The position numbers were made by a program, and so were the translations under genes. A stretch of DNA of 64,000 bases from an uncultured Candidatus Saccharibacteria bacterium. GTDB taxonomy: Bacteria; Patescibacteriota; Minisyncoccia; Phycocordibacterales; UBA12088. The stretch lies in contig CAZLUD010000001.1 of assembly GCA_964562615.1 (NCBI GenBank), positions 129,072 to 193,071 of the forward strand, in the 5' to 3' direction. Under the pieces are notes generated by a model. That model made no database searches, was not told where the DNA came from, and saw nothing but the letters and a program-made list of their open reading frames with translations. Shown in pieces: positions 59,094 through 64,000 of the stretch. Numbering within the stretch: the first letter of the stretch is position 1; the number at the start of each line of letters is the position of its first letter.

Positions 59094-59493
59094 AAACATA
59101 CATCAAGCGCCTTCGGGCGCTTTTTGTTTTGTGGAGATCGAGCGAGCAAACTGCTTTGCTCGCGTCGGGAATCGAAAGACGCAGGCATATCGCGAAGCGA
59201 TGCCGAGTCGTGGTCAAGAGTGCTTAGTATTTTTAGAGCAACGCGAATAAAAATAGTTAGCAACTCGTGACCGATCCGCCATCTCCACAGATTAAAACAA
59301 TACCGCCGCTTAGGCGGTTTTTGTTTTGACTGTGGAATGGAAGACGATGCCTTCGCATCGTCTGTCGGGAATCGAACGGCGGAGCGTTATACGCACGACA
59401 GAAAGGAGTACGTATCGCGAGCCGCGTCCAACAACACTTAACGAATGCAATGAGTTTAGTGATTGTGGGACGATTCCCGCCATCTCCACAAAT
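59094..59493. repeat. two tandem ~200-bp units carrying direct partial copies of the tmRNA 3' end plus inverted T-loop fragments
   Basis: ccgatccgccatctccaca at 59271 and cgattcccgccatctccacaaa at 59471. Inverted gtcgggaatcgaa at 59165 and 59364. Each unit begins with a hairpin plus T-run (59105-59125, 59304-59323). Confidence 0.8.
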
Positions 59494-59573
59494 AAAATTA
59501 CTGCCTGCTTTGCTTGGGTTTTAATTTTGTTGTGTATTTTATATTTGGAATCTAGATTTGCTATACTCCACTC

Positions 59574-60101
59574 ATGAAATCACCGACCATCGAATCTGGT
59601 TCCTATGTTATAAGACCGTTTAAGACGAGTGATGCCGAATTGTGGCAAACGTGGGATATTGATCATGAAGTGCAAGCATTTATGCCGGAGCCGTTTAATG
59701 AACCACAAGAAATTAAGGAGCAGTACGCATACATAAAAGCATGTGATGCTGATGAAGAAGGATACTACTGGTCAATTGAAACGAAGGACGGAGTCACAAT
59801 TGGTACCATCGCACTCACAGAATACAATGACTACCATGGCGTTGCTAATCTCGGTATTGTTATCGGAGATAAAAACTATTGGGGCAAAGGGGTTGCAACG
59901 GAGACCATCACTACTCTTGTCGACTATGCATTTACGAATCTAAATCTTTTCTATATTAGCGCTGAAGTTGAGGAAGGAAATATTCCGATGATGAATGTCC
60001 TAGAAAAAGTCGGGTTCAAACAAGATGGTTTATTTGAATCAGCTCGGGTAAAAAATGAAAAACGAATCAATGTTCACCATTTCAGTATTGTTAAGTGGTA
60101 A
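59574..60101 (+). CDS. GNAT acetyltransferase, RimL/RimJ-like
   Basis: SYVIRPFKTSD ... GVANLGIVIGDKNYWGKGVATE ... NIPMMNVLEKVGF matches the RimL-type GNAT. Confidence 0.8.
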   Translation: MKSPTIESGSYVIRPFKTSDAELWQTWDIDHEVQAFMPEPFNEPQEIKEQYAYIKACDADEEGYYWSIETKDGVTIGTIALTEYNDYHGVANLGIVIGDKNYWGKGVATETITTLVDYAFTNLNLFYISAEVEEGNIPMMNVLEKVGFKQDGLFESARVKNEKRINVHHFSIVKW

Positions 60102-60604
60102 TGAATATTTATATGAAAAGCATAAAAATAACCCCCATTAAACAACGAGACGCTAGTGCCTGCGGACCTACCAGTATTGAAATGACTCTGAAATACTTTG
60201 ACGTACCACATACAGTCGCGGATATTACTAGGATAACTAACTATAAAAAAGAAGGTGGCATATACAACAAACAACTGGTGGGCGTGCTACAACACTATGG
60301 CCTTAAGACAAAAGTTTTGAAGAATACCTCTTGGGAACAACTGATGGGACTAAATACCAAAGATTCTGTGATAATTCTTTCTTGGATGCTTGATGGCTAC
60401 ATTGGACACCTTAGTGTTTTGGATAATGTTGATAAAGACCATATCTATCTCGCAGAACCTACAACTGGAGAAATATTAAGGATAGGTAAGATAAAGTTTC
60501 TCAGACTCTGGTTAGACTACGAGGCTAAAGCTGAAGTACCGTTATTCCCCGAATCAAAGTCTGACATTCAACTGAGGTGGTTGTGTATTGCATCGAAACC
60601 ATAA
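60095..60604 (+). CDS. stand-alone peptidase C39-like cysteine protease
   Basis: IKQRDASACGPTSIEMTLKYFDV (Gln oxyanion plus Cys nucleophile as in C39), a later GHLSVL His and an Asp. 7-nt overlap with the GNAT gene. Confidence 0.6.
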   Translation: MVMNIYMKSIKITPIKQRDASACGPTSIEMTLKYFDVPHTVADITRITNYKKEGGIYNKQLVGVLQHYGLKTKVLKNTSWEQLMGLNTKDSVIILSWMLDGYIGHLSVLDNVDKDHIYLAEPTTGEILRIGKIKFLRLWLDYEAKAEVPLFPESKSDIQLRWLCIASKP

Positions 60605-60661
60605 GCAAAGAAAAAACCCAAAAGCCAATGAAGGCCTTGGGTTTTCAAGTTATGTCCTGAG

Positions 60662-61891
60662 TCACTTTTTCAGACTTACCCAATGCAGTACTTTCATGAG
60701 GATATGGAAGACCAGGCTGGTCGTCATATCATCACGATCGAGTGCTGGACTAAGTTCGACGACATCCATGCCAACAACCTGGTTGTGCTCAATAACCGCA
60801 CGTAACAACTTCAGCAGCGCCTGCGGGGTCATGCCGAGCGGTACAGGAGTACCAGTTCCAGGAGCGAAAGATGGGTCGAGTACATCAACGTCGAAACTGA
60901 TATAGCACTTCCTCCCTTTTGGCAGCCTAGTTGCAAGCACATTAGCCAGTCCTTCTTCGATGACGACCTGAGTTGTTGTCTGACACCTTTCTTCCCCAAG
61001 GGGAGCACCGGCAAAACCACGCACTCCAAACTGGAGCAAATGGGCAGTTGGGTTTTCATGCACAACCCGTCGCATGACGTTGCCATGATGATGCTCTGAA
61101 CCAACTTCCCACTCCCCCATGTCTGTGTGCGCATCCAGATGGATGATGACTATCTCTCCGTGGACTTCTGTACACGCACGAATGAGTGGCGCAGAGATTG
61201 AGTGGTCTCCCCCAATGAAGACAGGAAATGTACCACTCCGATGTGACAATAAAGCGCCCCGATAGCAACGCTCATAGACAGTCGCAAGAGATTCCCCCGT
61301 TCGATACGCAACATTGCCCAGATCTCCAAACGGAACTCCTTCAAGGATCACAGTCCCTAGGTCGGCGTTATACCAACCACGGTTTCTTCTGGTAAAGATA
61401 TCCCGCTCGTAAGCCAGAAACTTCGCCGAAACTTCACGGAGTCGATCCGGACCAAAGCGAGTACCGGGATTGCCGGTCGCCGCCTGGTCTAGACATACCC
61501 CCGCCACAACGATTGTTCCTTCTTCGAGACTACACACATCGACTGCAGGCGAGTACACGAACGGTGTTCGCGCACTAACAAATAAGGTTTCCCTATCGAC
61601 AACCAGCGGCTCTTCAGCTTTTCCGTCTACTACTTCAATTAGAAAGAAAGCTTCAGCAAACGCAGCAAGAATCAATAGAAATTCCTCGTACGGTTCACCC
61701 CCAGCCACTCCAAGCTCCATCGCTGCTTCATGCGTACTTTTAACTACACGGAAAGCTACGAGGATCTTCAAGGACTCCTCAGTCAGAGAAAGCCGATGAC
61801 CAGTCCGAGTGTTGTGTAGCACAACCCCATTCTCGCCATCTTCACTTTCAAGCATGAGGTGTCTTGATACAACATACGAATCAGTACTCAT
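60662..61891 (-). CDS. arginase/agmatinase-family (ureohydrolase) enzyme with N-terminal RRE/PqqD-like domain: candidate peptide arginase
   Basis: GGDHSIS, IIHLDAHTDM, SFDVDVLDPSFAPGTGTP and MDVVELSP ureohydrolase Mn-binding motifs. The N-terminal 90 aa, VVLHNTRTGHRLSLTEESLKILVAF, is PqqD-like. ATGA start/stop overlap with the upstream gene. Confidence 0.75.
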   Translation of the reverse strand: MSTDSYVVSRHLMLESEDGENGVVLHNTRTGHRLSLTEESLKILVAFRVVKSTHEAAMELGVAGGEPYEEFLLILAAFAEAFFLIEVVDGKAEEPLVVDRETLFVSARTPFVYSPAVDVCSLEEGTIVVAGVCLDQAATGNPGTRFGPDRLREVSAKFLAYERDIFTRRNRGWYNADLGTVILEGVPFGDLGNVAYRTGESLATVYERCYRGALLSHRSGTFPVFIGGDHSISAPLIRACTEVHGEIVIIHLDAHTDMGEWEVGSEHHHGNVMRRVVHENPTAHLLQFGVRGFAGAPLGEERCQTTTQVVIEEGLANVLATRLPKGRKCYISFDVDVLDPSFAPGTGTPVPLGMTPQALLKLLRAVIEHNQVVGMDVVELSPALDRDDMTTSLVFHILMKVLHWVSLKK

Positions 61892-62997
61892 GACTCTCCT
61901 CTCTTGTGCCCACAGTATGGGCACGTATGCCGTTTTCTGAATTTGCGGAAGTTGATGTCGTAGGTACGAAAATCCAACTCCGCAACCTTATTGGTCATCG
62001 TTGGTTTCGAGAAACCAGTAACGACCTTCACCGCATCCAATACATGATAGTTTGCGGTGATCGCGCAAATAGCAGCGATATTTCCACCCTTAATGTGCGT
62101 ATTAGTAACTGCCAATTGCTGATACTCAGCTCGATGAAGCTGTTTATTAAGCGCGTGCTCATAGCAGTACCAACACGCTGATTCTCCAGGAATGACCGTT
62201 GGTCCGATAAAGCTTAAGTGTCCATCATACCCACCGCAGAGAATATGAGGCACTTGTAGCTCAAAGCAAACTTCCGTGACAATCCGATTAACCACATCCG
62301 TACTCGGATCATCCGCACAGGAGATAATCAAACTGCTACCTCGCATCCCCACAAGGCAATCTTGTGGTGACACAACTTGCTGTGCAATACCCTGGACTGA
62401 GATTTCAGCATCAATGGAACAGAGTTTTCGTTCCGCCACTTGAACCTTTAGGGATCCGACGTCATCAACATTGAACAAACACTGTCTGTTCAAGTTTGAT
62501 ATTTCTACTACGTCTGGATCGATGAATGTAAAGTTACGGGCACCAGCCAGAGCAAGACCTTGGGCAACCCAAGTACCAATCCCTCCCAAACCGATTATCG
62601 CAACCCGCGCTCTATGTAAACGCTCTTGCATCACTTCGCGGGATTGGGTTCTTGTCTCAAACTCCGCAAAGAAATTACGCTGGGTTGCAAATTTATCTTG
62701 GTCAATAACGGCAGGATGCTTTTTGGTAGCCAGTACCCGACTCTTTTGGAGTACAGATACCAGTCGCCGCACCTCTATGATTGGGAGGCCTGCTTTCCTT
62801 GCTATCTCTTCGATTGAATGCAAACCATCAAAATATTGCAAGCAACCAAAAGCCTCTTTGTTAAGTTGAAACGGCAGGACAACACTACTTGCATTGAAGA
62901 GAAAGTTCACTTCATAGACATCTCGAACACCTCTGTACAAGACAGAGATACTGTCTTTGACCCGTGGAAACACTGCATGGACTCCTTCCGTAGACAT
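61888..62997 (-). CDS. ThiF/MoeB/MccB-like E1 adenylyltransferase with N-terminal RRE-like peptide-binding domain and C-terminal Cys4 zinc site
   Basis: ARVAIIGLGGIGTWVAQGLALAGARNFTFIDPDVVEISNLNRQ (E1 nucleotide-binding). CWYC ... CPYC. The N-terminal ~110 aa, FNASSVVLPFQLNKEAF ... SIEEIARKAGLPIIEVRRLV, is winged-helix/RRE-like. Confidence 0.8.
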   Translation of the reverse strand: MSTEGVHAVFPRVKDSISVLYRGVRDVYEVNFLFNASSVVLPFQLNKEAFGCLQYFDGLHSIEEIARKAGLPIIEVRRLVSVLQKSRVLATKKHPAVIDQDKFATQRNFFAEFETRTQSREVMQERLHRARVAIIGLGGIGTWVAQGLALAGARNFTFIDPDVVEISNLNRQCLFNVDDVGSLKVQVAERKLCSIDAEISVQGIAQQVVSPQDCLVGMRGSSLIISCADDPSTDVVNRIVTEVCFELQVPHILCGGYDGHLSFIGPTVIPGESACWYCYEHALNKQLHRAEYQQLAVTNTHIKGGNIAAICAITANYHVLDAVKVVTGFSKPTMTNKVAELDFRTYDINFRKFRKRHTCPYCGHKRGES

Positions 62998-63082
62998 CCC
63001 GAACCTTTCTGTACAAGACAGAATATGATTCTATGCGAAAAGTACTATACATTAGTGACATGTCAAGGCAAACATAAAAATA

Positions 63083-63111
63083 TTGACAAAGATAACAAGT
63101 GCAACTATTCT
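63083..63111 (+). promoter_or_regulatory. sigma70-like promoter for the small peptide gene
   Basis: TTGACA at 63083-63088, 17-nt spacer, TATTCT at 63106-63111. Confidence 0.4.
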
Positions 63112-63164
63112 TCAAATAAACAAGCAAGTGGGTTGCTTGTTTCAACCCTCATCAGGAGAATCCT

Positions 63165-63311
63165 GTGCAACAGAGTGTTCCATCGATAAAGACTGGACCA
63201 AAGAATAATTCGAAAGACATGGCAGTCGATCTCAAGAAAGTGGTAATCAAGCGACTGCAACGTCGACACAGTGATGTCTACATGCGTGGACTGCGTCGTC
63301 CCCGTGCGTAA
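63165..63311 (+). CDS. 48-aa Arg/Lys-rich small peptide, candidate RiPP precursor (GTG start)
   Basis: RBS aggaga 5 nt upstream of the GTG start. MQQSVPSIKTGPKNNSKDMAVDLKKVVIKRLQRRHSDVYMRGLRRPRA. Promoter upstream and a strong terminator 25 nt downstream. Divergent from the enzyme genes. Confidence 0.35.
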   Translation: MQQSVPSIKTGPKNNSKDMAVDLKKVVIKRLQRRHSDVYMRGLRRPRA

Positions 63312-63335
63312 TTGGCCAATAGTCTCTGGTCAAGG

Positions 63336-63366
63336 GCGGAAACCAGATGTGGTTTCCGCCTTTTTC
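63336..63366 (+). terminator. rho-independent terminator
   Basis: ggcggaaacc-agatgt-ggtttccgcc followed by tttttc. Confidence 0.8.
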
Positions 63367-63633
63367 ATTTGCTATATAAACGCAGAACAACTAATCATCT
63401 CGCTAATGTAGATCCATGGCGATTTTAAACGCGTTACCATGGACGACGTAAATGACGCGCTCAAATGGCTAAGACCTGATCGAAGATGGACACTCATAAC
63501 ACAGCCGTAGAGGCAACTCCCCACCTTACAGATTGGCAAACCAATCTGTAAGGTGTTTTTTTATGCCGATAATCATACTTTATCCAATGAAATATCCTCC
63601 ACAGATTGGTGTAATAAGAGTAGTATGCGGGGT

Positions 63634-64000
63634 ATGGAGTCCGAAAGCGATGAAATAGTAGCGGGCAAAGTGCAATCGGGCGATACCGACGCTTTTGGGG
63701 TATTGATGGATAGGTATGAGGCAAAAATAACCCGTTATGCGAGTAAGTTTTTGTACTCGTACGATGATAGACTCGATGCCGTACAAGAGGTATTTCTTCG
63801 GGCGTACACCCACATTCAAAGTTTCAAAACACACGAGAAATTCTCTCCATGGTTATATCGCATTGCGCATAATACATTTCTCAATATCATACGCACACAA
63901 GGAAGAGAAAAAATATCATTTGTTGATCTCGATATCCTCTTCCCTTCCGGTATCCCTGATGAGCAAGAAGAAAGAACCATGCTCTCTACTGAGTATCCGC
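63634..64000 (+). CDS. ECF-type RNA polymerase sigma factor (partial, runs off the window end)
   Basis: DAFGVLMDRYEAKITRYASKFL ... VQEVFLRAYTHIQSF ... FSPWLYRIAHNTFLNIIR matches sigma-70 region 2. Confidence 0.7.
   Translation, partial: MESESDEIVAGKVQSGDTDAFGVLMDRYEAKITRYASKFLYSYDDRLDAVQEVFLRAYTHIQSFKTHEKFSPWLYRIAHNTFLNIIRTQGREKISFVDLDILFPSGIPDEQEERTMLSTEYP

Noticed and set aside
58306-59577. ORFs of 73-127 aa in and around smpB, tmRNA and its repeats
   Set aside because: They are antisense to smpB, or lie within the tmRNA and att-like repeat units.
62818-63189. 123-aa plus-strand ORF and 77-aa minus-strand ORF near the E1 gene start
   Set aside because: They overlap the E1 coding region or the promoter/5' UTR of the small peptide. 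No motifs. The region is better explained by the promoter-RBS-sORF-terminator unit.

Overview
The window is about 64 kb of AT-rich DNA, roughly 40% GC by eye. It is densely packed with small housekeeping genes and looks like a reduced-genome bacterium, most plausibly a Patescibacteria/CPR-like lineage; that inference rests on gene content only (small rnpB, short ValRS, divergent TsaD and HisRS-like proteins, two signal-peptidase types). The core backbone includes pth, lepB, rpsU, ybeY, ftsA, ftsZ, trxB, tsaC, tsaD, valS, lepA, murJ, groES/groEL, secG, RNase J, fba, smpB, and tmRNA. I found six tRNAs, an RNase P RNA and a tmRNA by eye; none of them is in the ORF track. Three accessory regions stand out. 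First, a minus-strand operon at 14.6-21.3 kb encodes an archaeal/ER-type SipW signal peptidase plus four large secreted paralogs carrying the TasA/camelysin SipW-cognate N-terminal signal and core, which is a candidate surface-fibre system. Second, at 59.5-63.4 kb, immediately downstream of ssrA and its tandem 3'-end att-like copies, sits a GC-elevated candidate RiPP-type peptide-modification cluster. It comprises a RimL-like GNAT, a C39-like peptidase, an arginase-family enzyme and a ThiF/MccB-like E1 enzyme, both with N-terminal RRE-like domains, and a divergently transcribed 48-aa Arg-rich candidate precursor with its own promoter, RBS and terminator. Third, structured-RNA genes appear to act as recombination hot spots: the rnpB 3' end is duplicated as a 40-bp direct repeat flanking a 1.45-kb insert, and tmRNA, tRNA-Arg, tRNA-Glu and tRNA-Ser(GGA) are followed by direct and/or inverted partial copies of their own 3' ends. 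Other points of note are a strongly GC-rich RTX-repeat protein, a solo MazF/PemK-like toxin, and an acyl-ACP-synthetase/ACP/PlsC tri-domain fusion next to acpS.
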